From assembly GCA_934087065.1 (NCBI GenBank), contig CAKOIS010000001.1:46388-110387 (forward strand): DNA of 64,000 bases, in the 5' to 3' direction. The notes under the pieces were generated by a model, which was not told the DNA's origin, ran no database searches, and saw nothing but the letters and a program-made list of their open reading frames with translations. The stretch comes from an uncultured Bacilli bacterium (GTDB lineage Bacteria; Bacillota_I; Bacilli_A; RF39; UBA660). A program made the position numbers and the translations under genes. This document shows, one piece after another, positions 23,760-34,465 of this stretch (position 1 is the first letter of the stretch; each line of letters opens with the position of its first letter).

Positions 23760-23960
23760 AGTTAAATGTTTTGATTAGGACACGACTAATAATAATTATT
23801 TACTAAGCGAATTGTGTATGGTGTAAGACAATTAAATAACTTATTAGTTACTACCTATGAACAGGACTCGAAAGATGTTCCCGGGGAAAACCTCGTTATT
23901 TAAATGAAGTTAAAAATGGATGGTACCGTGTCAAGCACTCCTTTAAAGGGGTGTTTTTTC
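23760..23960 (+). promoter_or_regulatory. T-box riboswitch leader (threonine specificity expected)
   Basis: T-box core AATGGATGGTACCGTG at about 23915..23930, then the terminator GCACTCC-TTTAAA-GGGGTG plus T6 (23936..23959). ACU/ACC Thr codons lie in the candidate specifier region (GTTACTACCTATGAA, about 23847..23861). It sits directly upstream of thrS. Confidence 0.75.
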
Positions 23961-23987
23961 ATTTAACAAAAAGAAAGGAAGATAAAA

Positions 23988-25751
23988 ATGATAAACATTA
24001 AAGAAAACGAAAAACTAAGTGTAATGAACCACTCATGCGCCCATTTACTAGCGCAAGCGGTGCAGCATTTATATCCAGATGCTAAATTCTGGGTAGGACC
24101 AGTTATCGAAGAAGGTTTTTACTATGACATTGATCTAGGTGACACAGTAATAAAAGAAGAAGATCTAGAAAAAATAGAAAAGGAAATGAAGAAAATTGCT
24201 AAAGACGGAAAACGTATAGTAAGACATGAACTTACAAAAGAAGAAGCTTTAGAAAGATTTAAAAATGATCCATACAAGATTGACTTAATTAGTAGAATGG
24301 ATGAAAATAGCGCTGTAATAAGTTGCTATACACAAGGAGACTTCACAGACCTTTGTAGGGGCCCACACGTTGAAACAGTAAAAGAACTAAAATACTTTAA
24401 ACTTCTAAAAGTAAGTGGAGCATACTGGAAAGGTGACTCTAAAAACAAAATGCTTCAAAGAATTTACGGAGTATGCTTTGATAATGAAGAAGATTTAAAC
24501 GTTTACCTTGCAGAACTAGCTGAAGCTAAAGAAAGAGACCACAGAAAAATAGGAAAAGATTTATCAATATTCATGACTAGTGACTTAGTTGGTAAAGGAA
24601 TGCCTTTATGGCTTCCAAATGGCGCTATCATAAGAAAACAACTAGAAAACTACATCTATGAAAAAGAAAGAAAAATGGGATACTTACACGTATACACTCC
24701 ATGTGTTGGTACAACTGAACTATATAAAACAAGTGGACACTGGGATCACTATAAAGAAAATATGTTCCCAATGATGAAAGTAGACGATGAAGAATTTGTA
24801 CTTCGTCCAATGAATTGCCCACATCATATGTTAATCTATGGAAATGAACTCCACTCATATAGAGACTTACCAATTAGAATAGGCGAATTTGCAACAGACT
24901 TTAGATATGAAGCATCAGGTGCAGTAAAAGGTCTAGAAAGAGTAAGATGCATGTGCCAAAACGATGCTCACTTATTTGTAACTCCTGAACAAATAAAAGA
25001 AGAATTCAAAAAAGTAGTATCACTTATACTTGATGTATACAAAGACTTTGGCTTTAAAAACTACAGTTTCAGACTTTCATTAAGAGACCCAGAAGACAAA
25101 GAAAAATATTTTGATGACGATGAGATGTGGAACACAGCAGAAGACAAACTAAGGGAAGTTTTAAATGAATATGGTTGTCCATACAAAGAAGCAATTGGAG
25201 AAGCTGCATTTTATGGTCCTAAACTAGACGTTGAAGTAAAACCAGCAGTTGGACCAGAAGTAACACTTTCTACTTGCCAATTAGACTTCTTACTTCCTAG
25301 AAGATTTGATTTATCATACATAGACAAAGATGGCTCAAAGAAAACTCCAGTAGTTATTCACCGCGCTATATTTGGAACATTTGATAGATTCACTGCATTC
25401 CTAATGGAAGAAACAAAAGGAGCTTTCCCACTATGGTTATGCCCAACTGAAGTTAATATAATTCCAGTAAACAATGACTATCACTTAGAATATGCAAAAG
25501 AAGTTTATAAAGAATTAGACGATATGAATATAAGAGTTAACCTAGATGATAGAAACGAAAAACTATCATACAAAATGAGAGAAAGCCAAACAAAGAAAAA
25601 TCCTATAACATTAATATTAGGAGATAAAGAAGCAGAAAACAGTACTATTAGTTATAGAAAATTTGGTAGTGCTGAAACATATACTCTTCCAAAAAGTGAT
25701 TTCTATAAGCTAGTAAAAGAAGCAATAGATGCAAGAAAACAAAACATATAA
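23988..25751 (+). CDS. thrS: Threonine--tRNA ligase lacking the N-terminal TGS domain
   Basis: It starts close to the editing-domain HSCAHLLAQAV motif. It has class II motifs (FVLRPMNCPHH; RVRCMCQNDAH; GPKLD) and a C-terminal anticodon-binding domain. It is 587 aa, versus about 640 for canonical bacterial ThrRS. Confidence 0.9.
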   Translation: MINIKENEKLSVMNHSCAHLLAQAVQHLYPDAKFWVGPVIEEGFYYDIDLGDTVIKEEDLEKIEKEMKKIAKDGKRIVRHELTKEEALERFKNDPYKIDLISRMDENSAVISCYTQGDFTDLCRGPHVETVKELKYFKLLKVSGAYWKGDSKNKMLQRIYGVCFDNEEDLNVYLAELAEAKERDHRKIGKDLSIFMTSDLVGKGMPLWLPNGAIIRKQLENYIYEKERKMGYLHVYTPCVGTTELYKTSGHWDHYKENMFPMMKVDDEEFVLRPMNCPHHMLIYGNELHSYRDLPIRIGEFATDFRYEASGAVKGLERVRCMCQNDAHLFVTPEQIKEEFKKVVSLILDVYKDFGFKNYSFRLSLRDPEDKEKYFDDDEMWNTAEDKLREVLNEYGCPYKEAIGEAAFYGPKLDVEVKPAVGPEVTLSTCQLDFLLPRRFDLSYIDKDGSKKTPVVIHRAIFGTFDRFTAFLMEETKGAFPLWLCPTEVNIIPVNNDYHLEYAKEVYKELDDMNIRVNLDDRNEKLSYKMRESQTKKNPITLILGDKEAENSTISYRKFGSAETYTLPKSDFYKLVKEAIDARKQNI

Positions 25752-25774
25752 GGTGGAATAATTCCATCTTTTTT
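25752..25774 (+). terminator. Rho-independent terminator of thrS
   Basis: GGTGGAA-TAA-TTCCATC followed by TTTTTT. Confidence 0.65.
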
Positions 25775-25846
25775 AGAAAGTAGGAACTTATGACAAGATT
25801 AGATAAAAAAAATTTAAAAGGTCAGTTGGAAAGGAAAACGCAAAAT

Positions 25847-25875
25847 TTGCATAATTCCTAAAAGTGTGCTATAAT
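25847..25875 (+). promoter_or_regulatory. Extended -10 promoter of the AMP-ligase gene
   Basis: TTGCAT, 17 nt, TGcTATAAT. Confidence 0.55.
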
Positions 25876-25904
25876 AAGCACACTTTTATTAAAAGGGGGG
25901 AATT

Positions 25905-27716
25905 ATGGAAAACTATTTAAAAGATTATAAAGAAAGTTTAAAAGATTTAACTGAAGAACAAGCAAACGAAAGGAACTTATATCTAAAAGGACTTCAAACA
26001 GGACTTTATTATGGTCCAACAACAGGACTATCAAGTATAGATAAACCATGGTTAAAATATTTTAAAAACGAAAACATATTAAAAACTATGCCCAGAATTA
26101 CAATATATAATTATCTATATGAATCCAACAAAAACAGCCAATTAAGTATTGCTTTAGAATACTTTGGAAGAAAAATAACTTACTTTGAACTATTTAGAAA
26201 AATAGAAAAAACAGCCAAAAACTTTAGTGCATTGGGAGTAAAAAAAGGAGACATTGTGACAATATGCATGCCATCAACTCCAGAAACAATTTACTCAATA
26301 TATGCTCTTAACAAAATAGGTGCAATACCTAATTTAATCGATCCTCGTTACAGCGAAGATATGATAAAAGATTTAATTGTTGAAGCAAATTCAAAATATT
26401 TATTAACAATAGACCTATGTAATGAAAAAATAAAAAAAATAGAAAGCGAAACAAACTTAGAAAAAATAATATCAGTATCTGCCACTAACTCTGTACCTAT
26501 AATTAGACACATAAAGAAAAATAATGTTGTAGAAAATGAAATATGGATGAACTGGACAACATTTACAAAAAAAGAAAGTACCTATGAAGAAAACAAATAC
26601 GTACAAGGTAAGTTTTCTGTATTAGTACACACTGGTGGAACAACAGGAAAACCAAAAGGAATAATGCTAACTGATGACAACATAAACTCAATAGTTTTCC
26701 AATATAAAAACGGTGATATAGCCTTATCAAAAAAACAAACTTTCTTAGATATTATCCCACCTTTCGCAGCATACGGAATATGTTCCTCTATACACATGCC
26801 ATTATCTTTAGGAATGAAAACAATACTTATACCTAAATTTAATCCAAATGAATTTGATAAACTAATTCTAAAACATAAACCAACACATGTCCTAGGAGTG
26901 CCAAGTTTTTGGGAAAACCTATCAAAAAATCCTGCTATGGCTAATGTAGACTTATCATTCTTACGAAGTCCAGGTTCAGGTGGAGATGGCATATTAGCCT
27001 CAAGTGAAGAAAAAGTAAATGAGTTCTTTAAAAGTCATAACTCAAGTTCAAAATTAATAAAAGGTTATGGAATGAGCGAAGTAAGCTCTAGTGCTTGTAC
27101 ATGTACTACTAATGCAAATGAATTAACAAGTGTAGGAATACCACTAATCAAAACAACAATAGGAATATTTGAACCAAATACAACAAATGAACTAGGTTAC
27201 AATACATCAGGTGAAATATGTATAACTGGTCCTTCGGTAATGAACGGATACTTTAATAACAAAATCTTAACTAATAAAACAATAAAAACACATTCTGATG
27301 GATTAAAGTGGGTTCACACAGGAGATTTAGGTTACATAACAGAAAATGGTATACTATACGTTACTGGAAGAATAAAAAGAATGATAGTAAGATATGATGG
27401 CTTTAAAATGTATCCAACAGCAATAGAAGAAGTAATTTCAAGAACTCCTGGAATAGAATCAGTTGCAGTAGTAAAGTCATATAATGAATTAGGAAATATT
27501 GTAAAAGCATTTATGGTAGCAAATAAAAATGTTAAAGACTTAGATTTATTAGAGAGTAAAGTATTAGAAAATTGTAAACTCTATCTTGCAGAAAGATCAA
27601 TTCCAGAAAAGTTTGAATTCATAGATGAATTACCTTTAACAAATCTAGGCAAAATAAATTATGACGAATTAGAAAAAAGAGAATTTTCTAAGAAAAAAGT
27701 GTTAAAAAATAGTTAA
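25905..27716 (+). CDS. AMP-binding (adenylate-forming) acyl-CoA/acyl-carrier ligase family protein
   Basis: A3 motif HTGGTTGKPKGI, A5 GYGMSE, A8 HTGDLGYITENGILYVTGRIKRMI and the terminal GKINY lysine. Confidence 0.8.
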   Translation: MENYLKDYKESLKDLTEEQANERNLYLKGLQTGLYYGPTTGLSSIDKPWLKYFKNENILKTMPRITIYNYLYESNKNSQLSIALEYFGRKITYFELFRKIEKTAKNFSALGVKKGDIVTICMPSTPETIYSIYALNKIGAIPNLIDPRYSEDMIKDLIVEANSKYLLTIDLCNEKIKKIESETNLEKIISVSATNSVPIIRHIKKNNVVENEIWMNWTTFTKKESTYEENKYVQGKFSVLVHTGGTTGKPKGIMLTDDNINSIVFQYKNGDIALSKKQTFLDIIPPFAAYGICSSIHMPLSLGMKTILIPKFNPNEFDKLILKHKPTHVLGVPSFWENLSKNPAMANVDLSFLRSPGSGGDGILASSEEKVNEFFKSHNSSSKLIKGYGMSEVSSSACTCTTNANELTSVGIPLIKTTIGIFEPNTTNELGYNTSGEICITGPSVMNGYFNNKILTNKTIKTHSDGLKWVHTGDLGYITENGILYVTGRIKRMIVRYDGFKMYPTAIEEVISRTPGIESVAVVKSYNELGNIVKAFMVANKNVKDLDLLESKVLENCKLYLAERSIPEKFEFIDELPLTNLGKINYDELEKREFSKKKVLKNS

Positions 27717-27783
27717 AACATCATACTTAACTATTTTTTTTATTTACTTTGTGATAAAATTTATATATAAAGGTAGTGATAAT

Positions 27784-30003
27784 ATGAGTTTTGGAGTATC
27801 ATTTTCAAGTCTAAGTCTCTTTTATAGTATATTACTAACTATAACATATTTCAAAAAGAAAAGAGCTAAAAACTATGAAACAAAATTATATGGATGGTTA
27901 ATAATAACAAATCTAATAGGACTCGTCCTAGCCATTGCGTGTTATTTCTTTGTATTAAATAAAGAAACATACGAAATAGCAAACTTTATAATCTCACGAT
28001 TTTATTTGATATATCTAACAACATGGATAATGATACTTACAATGTATGTAATCATGATATCAGTTAAACAAGAAAGCTTAGAAAAAACATGGGACAAATT
28101 ACTAAAATATATGATAATCATATGGTTTATAGCAAGTTTTATCACTTTTATCTTACCATTAAATTATGTAAACACAAATAATTTGGTATATTCATATGGA
28201 ACATCTGCAAACTTTACTTTCTTAATAGGCTTCCTATTTGAAATAGTATGCTTTATATTCATGTTAAAAAATATAAAGAGCATAAAAAATAAAAAATATT
28301 TGCCAATAATCTTATACATGATAGGCGGCACAATTGTAATGGCTATTCAAAAACTAAATCCGGGATTACTACTAATGACATCTGCTGAAACTTTTGTAAC
28401 ATTCTTAATGTATTTCACAATAGAAAACCCAGACATGAAACTAATAAACGAACTAGAACTAGCCAAAAACTCAGCCGAAAAGGCTAACCATGCTAAAACA
28501 GAATTCTTAAGTAGTATGTCTCACGAAATAAGAACACCTCTAAATGCAATTGTAGGTTTATCAGAAATAATAAATAAAACTGACGATGTAAAAGAAATAC
28601 ACGAAGACTCAAAAGATGTAGTAAATGCAAGCTACACACTTCTAGAAATAGTAAACAGCATTCTAGACATAAGTAAAATTGAAGCAGGAAAAATGGAAAT
28701 AGTAAAAGTTAACTATAATCCAAAAGACGAAATACAAAAACTTACAAAACTACTAGAAACTAGAATAGGCTCAAAAGACTTAAAACTATATGTTGAAATA
28801 GATGAAAAATTGCCAAACGTTTTATATGGAGACTTAAATAAGTTAAAACAAATAATATCAAATTTACTATCAAATGCAATCAAGTACACTGAAAGTGGTC
28901 GTGTAGATCTAAAAGTTGTGGTAGAAAACACAGACAAAATATGTAACTTAGAAATAATGGTAAAAGATACAGGCCGCGGTATAAAAGAAGACCAACTAGA
29001 TCACCTATTTAGCAAGTTTGATAGACTTGAAGAAGACAAAAATACATCAATTGAAGGAACAGGATTAGGTCTTGCAATAACAAAAAGTCTTGTAGAAATG
29101 CTTGGTGGTACTATAAATGTAGAAAGCACATATGGCATAGGAAGTGTGTTTACTGTAACAATTCCTGAAGAAATATCAGACGTTGTCTTAGAAACTACAG
29201 AAACCGAAAGTATTACTAAATATAACGGAGTAACTTCTCTTATTGTAGATGACTCAAAACTAAACCTTAAAGTAGCAGAAAAAATACTAGCTGAATATGG
29301 TTTAACTAGTGAAAGTGTACTAAGTGGAGATGAGTGTATAGACAAAATAAAATCAGGAAACAAATACGATATAATATTTATGGACATAATGATGCCTAAC
29401 AAGGGTGGAGTAGAAACTCTTAAAGAACTTAAGTCACTTCCTAACTTTAATACACCAGTAGTCGCATTAACCGCAGACGCAATGGAAGGGCAAAAAGAGG
29501 CGTATTTATCTGCTGGATTCATTGCATACTTATCAAAACCAATTGATCGTCAAGAACTAGAGTCTTTCTTAAAAAAAGAACTAAAAGACAAAGTAACACT
29601 AGAAAATACAAAAAGTTCTGTCAAAGAAGAAATCAAGCCTGCCAAAAAAGAAAATAATAAAGAAGAATTACTTACTAATGTTGGACTAGACCTAAAAAAA
29701 GCATATGAGTTCTTTATGGACATAGACACTCTTATCCCACAACTAAAAGAATACCTTGCTGAAAGTGTAGAAAACAAGCGTGTTATAAAAGAGTCTTATA
29801 ATAAGAAAGATGACATCAACTACGAAATAGTAGTGCACAAATTAAAAAGTGAAAGTAGAATGTTGGGACTTACTGACTTAGGAGAAATGTTCTATAATCA
29901 TGAACTAGCTGCTAAAAGAAAAGATTGGGACTATATAAATAAGGAATACACTTCATTAATAAACGAATATGATAAAGTATTAAATGTACTAGAAAAACTA
30001 TAA
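27784..30003 (+). CDS. Hybrid sensor histidine kinase / response regulator with C-terminal HPt domain
   Basis: About 7 N-terminal TM helices, H-box SHEIRTPLNAI, N/G boxes (LSNAIKYT; DTGRGI; GTGLGLAI), REC (IIFMDIMMPNKGG...ALTADA) and HPt (HKLKSESRMLG). The ATG at 27784 has a better RBS than the GTG at 27751. Confidence 0.8.
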   Translation: MSFGVSFSSLSLFYSILLTITYFKKKRAKNYETKLYGWLIITNLIGLVLAIACYFFVLNKETYEIANFIISRFYLIYLTTWIMILTMYVIMISVKQESLEKTWDKLLKYMIIIWFIASFITFILPLNYVNTNNLVYSYGTSANFTFLIGFLFEIVCFIFMLKNIKSIKNKKYLPIILYMIGGTIVMAIQKLNPGLLLMTSAETFVTFLMYFTIENPDMKLINELELAKNSAEKANHAKTEFLSSMSHEIRTPLNAIVGLSEIINKTDDVKEIHEDSKDVVNASYTLLEIVNSILDISKIEAGKMEIVKVNYNPKDEIQKLTKLLETRIGSKDLKLYVEIDEKLPNVLYGDLNKLKQIISNLLSNAIKYTESGRVDLKVVVENTDKICNLEIMVKDTGRGIKEDQLDHLFSKFDRLEEDKNTSIEGTGLGLAITKSLVEMLGGTINVESTYGIGSVFTVTIPEEISDVVLETTETESITKYNGVTSLIVDDSKLNLKVAEKILAEYGLTSESVLSGDECIDKIKSGNKYDIIFMDIMMPNKGGVETLKELKSLPNFNTPVVALTADAMEGQKEAYLSAGFIAYLSKPIDRQELESFLKKELKDKVTLENTKSSVKEEIKPAKKENNKEELLTNVGLDLKKAYEFFMDIDTLIPQLKEYLAESVENKRVIKESYNKKDDINYEIVVHKLKSESRMLGLTDLGEMFYNHELAAKRKDWDYINKEYTSLINEYDKVLNVLEKL

Positions 30004-30138
30004 AAAACATACACTAAAAAATGTAAACAAATTAATATTAGGAACTGTAAACAGAAGAGACTAAAATCTTTTCTGTTTATTTAATTTATCTAGAAAAATC
30101 CTCTGTAAACTTTACAAAAAAAATAAATAAAAAAACAC

Positions 30139-30167
30139 TTGATTTTTACACAATTTTGTCATATAAT
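30139..30167 (+). promoter_or_regulatory. Sigma-A promoter of the S10 ribosomal protein operon
   Basis: TTGATT, 17 nt, TATAAT, followed by a structured leader of about 125 nt before rpsJ. Confidence 0.6.
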
Positions 30168-30294
30168 GATATACGTATGACTGCGGAGAAGCGCAAGGTT
30201 GCTGATACACCCGGTTAAGTTGTAAATATTTAATTTAGTATCAGGTAATTTGTGTGGAGCGAGTCTATTTGAAATAGGCGAAGGAGGGTAATTT

Positions 30295-30603
30295 ATGGCA
30301 AAAGAGAAAGTTCGTATCAGATTAAAAGCGTATGATCACAGAGTGCTTGATCAAGCAGCTAGCAAAATTGTTGATACAGTAAAACGTACAGGTGGTGTTG
30401 TTTCTGGACCAGTTCCACTACCAACAGACATCGAAAAAATCACAATTTTAAGAGCTGTTCACAAATACAAAGATTCACGTGAACAATTTGAAATGAGAAC
30501 ACACAAAAGATTAATTGATATCGATAGTCCAAGTAAAGAAACAGTAGATGCATTATCTCACTTAGATTTACCAAGTGGAGTAGATATTGAAATCAAATTA
30601 TAA
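30295..30603 (+). CDS. rpsJ: 30S ribosomal protein S10
   Basis: [19 protein letters not shown]. It is the first gene in canonical S10 operon order. Confidence 0.95.
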   Translation: MAKEKVRIRLKAYDHRVLDQAASKIVDTVKRTGGVVSGPVPLPTDIEKITILRAVHKYKDSREQFEMRTHKRLIDIDSPSKETVDALSHLDLPSGVDIEIKL

Positions 30604-30625
30604 GATTTAGTAGGGAGGAAAAACA

Positions 30626-31414
30626 ATGAAAGGAATCTTAGGACGTAAAGTTGGAATGACACAAGTATTCACAACTAACGGATTACTTATACCTGTAACT
30701 GTAGTAGAAGTTGAACCAAACGTTATAACTCAAATCAAAACAGTAGAAAAAGATGGGTATAATAGTATTCAATTAGGTGCTTTTACAAAAAGAGAAAAAG
30801 TATCTAATAAACCAGAAATGGGACATGTTAAGAAAGCAAATACTACACCTAAGCGCTTCTTAAAAGAAATTAAAGGATTAGATGTAGCTAACTATGAAGT
30901 TGGCCAAATAATCGGTGTAGACACATTCGAAGTAGGAGAACTAGTAGACGTAACAGGAACTTCTAAAGGTAAAGGTTTCCAAGGAACAATCAAGAGACAT
31001 AACTTTAGTAGAGGACCTATGGGACATGGTTCACACTATCATAGAGCTGTTGGTTCTCGTGGACCAATGAGACCAATGAGAGTCTTAAAAGGTAAGAAAT
31101 TACCAGGGCATATGGGTAATGAAACAGTAACAATTCAAAACCTAGAAATCATAGCAGTTGACGTAGAAAATAATTGCTTACTAATAAGTGGTAATATACC
31201 AGGACCTAAAAAAGGTTATGTAATAGTAAGAACTGCTATTAAAAACGGTGGAAAAGTTGAAGCTAAAGAATTAGTTTCATATGTAGTAGAAGAAGTTATA
31301 GAAAATAACGAAGTAGTAACTGAAGAACTAACTGAAACAGTTGAAGCTCCAGTTGCTGAAGAAGTAACAGAAGAAACTGCTACAGAAACTCCAGAAAAGG
31401 AGGATGCTGAATAA
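30626..31414 (+). CDS. rplC: 50S ribosomal protein L3 with an acidic C-terminal extension of about 50 aa
   Basis: [15 protein letters not shown] and the FQG motif. The core ends near [15 protein letters not shown], followed by an E/T/V-rich tail. Confidence 0.92.
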   Translation: MKGILGRKVGMTQVFTTNGLLIPVTVVEVEPNVITQIKTVEKDGYNSIQLGAFTKREKVSNKPEMGHVKKANTTPKRFLKEIKGLDVANYEVGQIIGVDTFEVGELVDVTGTSKGKGFQGTIKRHNFSRGPMGHGSHYHRAVGSRGPMRPMRVLKGKKLPGHMGNETVTIQNLEIIAVDVENNCLLISGNIPGPKKGYVIVRTAIKNGGKVEAKELVSYVVEEVIENNEVVTEELTETVEAPVAEEVTEETATETPEKEDAE

Positions 31415-32037
31415 TGGCTAAATTAGATGTATTAAAACTAAACGGAGAAAAAGCTAGCACTGTTGAATTAAACGATGCTATCTGGAATATCGAAGTAAAC
31501 GAAATAGTATTAAGTGAAGCAGTAAGATTACAAATGGCTTCATTAAGACAAGGTACACATGATACTAAAGGAAGAAGTGAAGTATCAGGTGGCGGAAGAA
31601 AGCCTTGGAGACAAAAAGGAACTGGACGTGCTCGTCAAGGTTCAATTAGAGCCCCTCACTGGGTAGGTGGAGGAATTGTATTTGGACCAACACCAAGAAG
31701 TCATAGTTTCAAAATGAATAAAAAAGAAAGAAGACTTGCAATTAAAAGTGCTCTTTCAGACAAATTACAAAATAAAGAAATATGCGTAGTTGATAGTTTA
31801 GAATTAACTTCACCTAAAACAAAAGAATTTAATAACACATTAAATACTTTAAATTTAAATGGTAAAACATTAATAGTAACTGATGGAGAAAATGGTAATG
31901 TTGTATTAGCTTCAAGAAACATGGCTAACTTACATGTTATTGAACCATCAAGTATTAACGTTTTAGACCTAGTAGGTGCAGATAACTTACTTATCGACGT
32001 AGCAAGCGTTAATAAAATAGAGGAGGTGCTTAAATAA
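31414..32037 (+). CDS. rplD: 50S ribosomal protein L4
   Basis: GGGRKPWRQKGTGRARQGS motif; operon position. Confidence 0.93.
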   Translation: MAKLDVLKLNGEKASTVELNDAIWNIEVNEIVLSEAVRLQMASLRQGTHDTKGRSEVSGGGRKPWRQKGTGRARQGSIRAPHWVGGGIVFGPTPRSHSFKMNKKERRLAIKSALSDKLQNKEICVVDSLELTSPKTKEFNNTLNTLNLNGKTLIVTDGENGNVVLASRNMANLHVIEPSSINVLDLVGADNLLIDVASVNKIEEVLK

Positions 32038-32306
32038 TGAATATAGAAATAATAAAAGCACCAGTAATAACTGAAAAAACAAATAACTTAGCTAGTGCTA
32101 ACGTATACGTTTTCAAAGTTGACAAATCTGCCAACAAAACTCAAATTAAACAAGTTATTGAAAGCAAATGGAACGTTAAAGTTTTAAGCGTTAACACTAC
32201 TAATACACAAGCTAGAAAAAGAAGAGTTGGAAAGTACACTGGGTACACAACTCCTTACAAAAAAGCTTATGTAAAACTTAAGGAAGGCTCTACAATAGAG
32301 TTTTAG
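32037..32306 (+). CDS. rplW: 50S ribosomal protein L23
   Basis: IIKAPVITEK and FKVD motifs; operon position. Confidence 0.9.
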   Translation: MNIEIIKAPVITEKTNNLASANVYVFKVDKSANKTQIKQVIESKWNVKVLSVNTTNTQARKRRVGKYTGYTTPYKKAYVKLKEGSTIEF

Positions 32307-32318
32307 TAGGTGATTATA

Positions 32319-33149
32319 ATGGCAATAAAGAAATTTAAACCAATAACTAACGGAACTAGAAACATGAGTACTTTAGTAAATGAAGAAATCACAACAAGTA
32401 CTCCTGAAAAAAGTTTGTTAAGAAAAACTAAAAGCAATGCTGGAAGAAACAATCAAGGAAAAATCACTGTAAGACATAGAGGTGGCGGAGTTAAAAGAAA
32501 ATATCGTGTAATAGATTTCAAAAGAAATAAAGACGGTGTTATCGGGACTGTTACAAGTATCGAATACGATCCAAACAGAAGTGCAAACATTGCATTAATA
32601 ACTTATGCTGATGGAGAAAAAAGATACATTATCGCACCTTTAAACTTAAAAGTTGGTGATAAAATTGAAAGTGGAGAAAATGTTGATATCAAAGTTGGTA
32701 ATGCTCTTCCACTTATGAACATTCCAGTTGGTACAGTAGTACACAATGTTGAATTAAATCCTGGTAAAGGTGGACAACTTGCACGTGGTGCTGGTTCAAG
32801 TGCACAAATATTAGGTAGAGAAGGAAAATATGTTTTATTAAGACTTAAGTCTGGTGAAACAAGAAAAGTTATGGGAGTGTGTCGTGCAACTATAGGAACT
32901 GTTGGTAACTTAGATTACGAATTAGTTCATTTAGGAAAAGCAGGAAGAAAAAGACACATGGGATGGAGACCAACAGTACGTGGATCAGTTATGAACCCTA
33001 ACGATCACCCTCATGGTGGTGGTGAAGGTAAAGCACCAGTTGGTAGAAAAGGACCTATGACTCCATGGGGTAAACCAGCTCTTGGACTTAAAACTCGTAA
33101 AACAAAGAAAGCTAGCGAGAAGTTAATAGTATCTCGCAGAAATAAATAG
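32319..33149 (+). CDS. rplB: 50S ribosomal protein L2
   Basis: [14 protein letters not shown] start (the track ORF begins 9 nt earlier at a GTG). [14 protein letters not shown] motif. Confidence 0.93.
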   Translation: MAIKKFKPITNGTRNMSTLVNEEITTSTPEKSLLRKTKSNAGRNNQGKITVRHRGGGVKRKYRVIDFKRNKDGVIGTVTSIEYDPNRSANIALITYADGEKRYIIAPLNLKVGDKIESGENVDIKVGNALPLMNIPVGTVVHNVELNPGKGGQLARGAGSSAQILGREGKYVLLRLKSGETRKVMGVCRATIGTVGNLDYELVHLGKAGRKRHMGWRPTVRGSVMNPNDHPHGGGEGKAPVGRKGPMTPWGKPALGLKTRKTKKASEKLIVSRRNK

Positions 33150-33164
33150 AAAGGATTTGTGCGT

Positions 33165-33431
33165 ATGTCAAGAAGTTTAAAAAAAGGACCTTTCGTTTTT
33201 GACAGATTACTTAAGAAAGTACAAGCTCTAAACGAAAGTGGAAAAAAAGAAGTAATTAAAACTTGGTCACGTCGTTCAACTATATATCCAGATTTCGTTG
33301 GACACACATTTGCAGTTCATAATGGAAAAGATTTCATTCCAGTATACGTAACTGAAGACATGGTTGGACATAAACTTGGTGAGTTTGCATTAACTCGTAA
33401 GTTTGGTGGACATGCTGGCGAAAACAAATAG
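33165..33431 (+). CDS. rpsS: 30S ribosomal protein S19
   Basis: [10 protein letters not shown] start (the track ORF begins 6 nt earlier). HNGK and GHKLGEF motifs. Confidence 0.93.
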   Translation: MSRSLKKGPFVFDRLLKKVQALNESGKKEVIKTWSRRSTIYPDFVGHTFAVHNGKDFIPVYVTEDMVGHKLGEFALTRKFGGHAGENK

Positions 33432-33442
33432 GAGGGTAAATT

Positions 33443-33784
33443 ATGGAAACTTATGCAATACATAAAGGTGCCATGATCGCACCTAGAAAAGCTAGAATGA
33501 CACTTGACCTTGTAAGAGGTAAAAAGGTTATTGAAGCAAGAATGATTTTATTAACAACTAACACTAAAGCTAGTCGTTTAATAAAGAAAGTATTAGATAG
33601 TGCTGTTGCAAACGCAGTAAATAATCTAGGACTAAAAGAAGAAGACTTATACGTTGTTGAAACTTACATCAACGAAGGAGTTACACTAAAAAGAAGTAAA
33701 ATCGCATCACGTGGAAGCGTTGACAAACGTGATAAAAGAACAAGTCACATCTTTGTAAAAGTTAGTGACAAGAAGGAGGACTAA
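33443..33784 (+). CDS. rplV: 50S ribosomal protein L22
   Basis: Operon position, length 113 aa, and ISPRKARLV-like APRKARMTLDLVRG. Confidence 0.9.
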   Translation: METYAIHKGAMIAPRKARMTLDLVRGKKVIEARMILLTTNTKASRLIKKVLDSAVANAVNNLGLKEEDLYVVETYINEGVTLKRSKIASRGSVDKRDKRTSHIFVKVSDKKED

Positions 33785-33787
33785 GCT

Positions 33788-34465
33788 ATGGGGCAAAAGG
33801 TAAGTCCAGTCGGACTAAGAATAGGAATCAATAAAGACTGGGAAAGCAAATGGTATGCACCAAATAAAGATTTCGCTAAATACTTAAACACTGATATTAA
33901 AATTCGAGAATATTTAGAAAAGAATCTTAAAGGTAGCTCAGTCGCTAGTATAGTTATTGAAAGAAATAACAAAAGAACAAATATCATAATCAACACTTCA
34001 AAACCAGGTGTAGTAATCGGCCGTGGTGGAGAAGAAATAGAAAAACACAAAAAAGCACTTGCAAAGTTAACTGGTGAAGATATTTACATTTCAATAGTAG
34101 AAATCAAACAACCAGACTTAAATGCAGCATTAGTTGCAGAACAAATTGCAATGCAAATTGAAAACCGTGTATCATTTAGAGTTGCTCAAAAGAAAGCAAT
34201 TAGAAACACAATGAAAGCAGGAGCAAAAGGTATCAAGACTTTAATATCTGGACGTTTAAACGGTGCTGAAATAGCAAGAAGTGAAGGATATAACGAAGGA
34301 ACTGTACCACTTCATACATTAAGAGCTGACATTGATTATGCTCATAAAGAAGCTGACACTATTTACGGAAAAATCGGTGTAAAAGTATGGATTTATAAAG
34401 GAGAAATCCTTCCTGCCAAAGGAAATAAGGGAGGTAAAGAAAATGCTAATACCAAAGAGAACTAA
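33788..34465 (+). CDS. rpsC: 30S ribosomal protein S3
   Basis: [13 protein letters not shown] and the KH domain GRGGEEIE. Confidence 0.95.
   Translation: MGQKVSPVGLRIGINKDWESKWYAPNKDFAKYLNTDIKIREYLEKNLKGSSVASIVIERNNKRTNIIINTSKPGVVIGRGGEEIEKHKKALAKLTGEDIYISIVEIKQPDLNAALVAEQIAMQIENRVSFRVAQKKAIRNTMKAGAKGIKTLISGRLNGAEIARSEGYNEGTVPLHTLRADIDYAHKEADTIYGKIGVKVWIYKGEILPAKGNKGGKENANTKEN

Noticed and set aside
25790-25861. A 23-codon ORF (MTRLDKKNLKGQLERKTQNLHNS) followed by a 10-bp hairpin, as a leader-peptide attenuator for the AMP-ligase gene.
   Set aside because: The RBS is weak and there is no run of regulatory codons. The hairpin is more simply read as containing the TTGCAT-17-TGcTATAAT promoter of the downstream gene. 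I cannot support attenuation from sequence alone.
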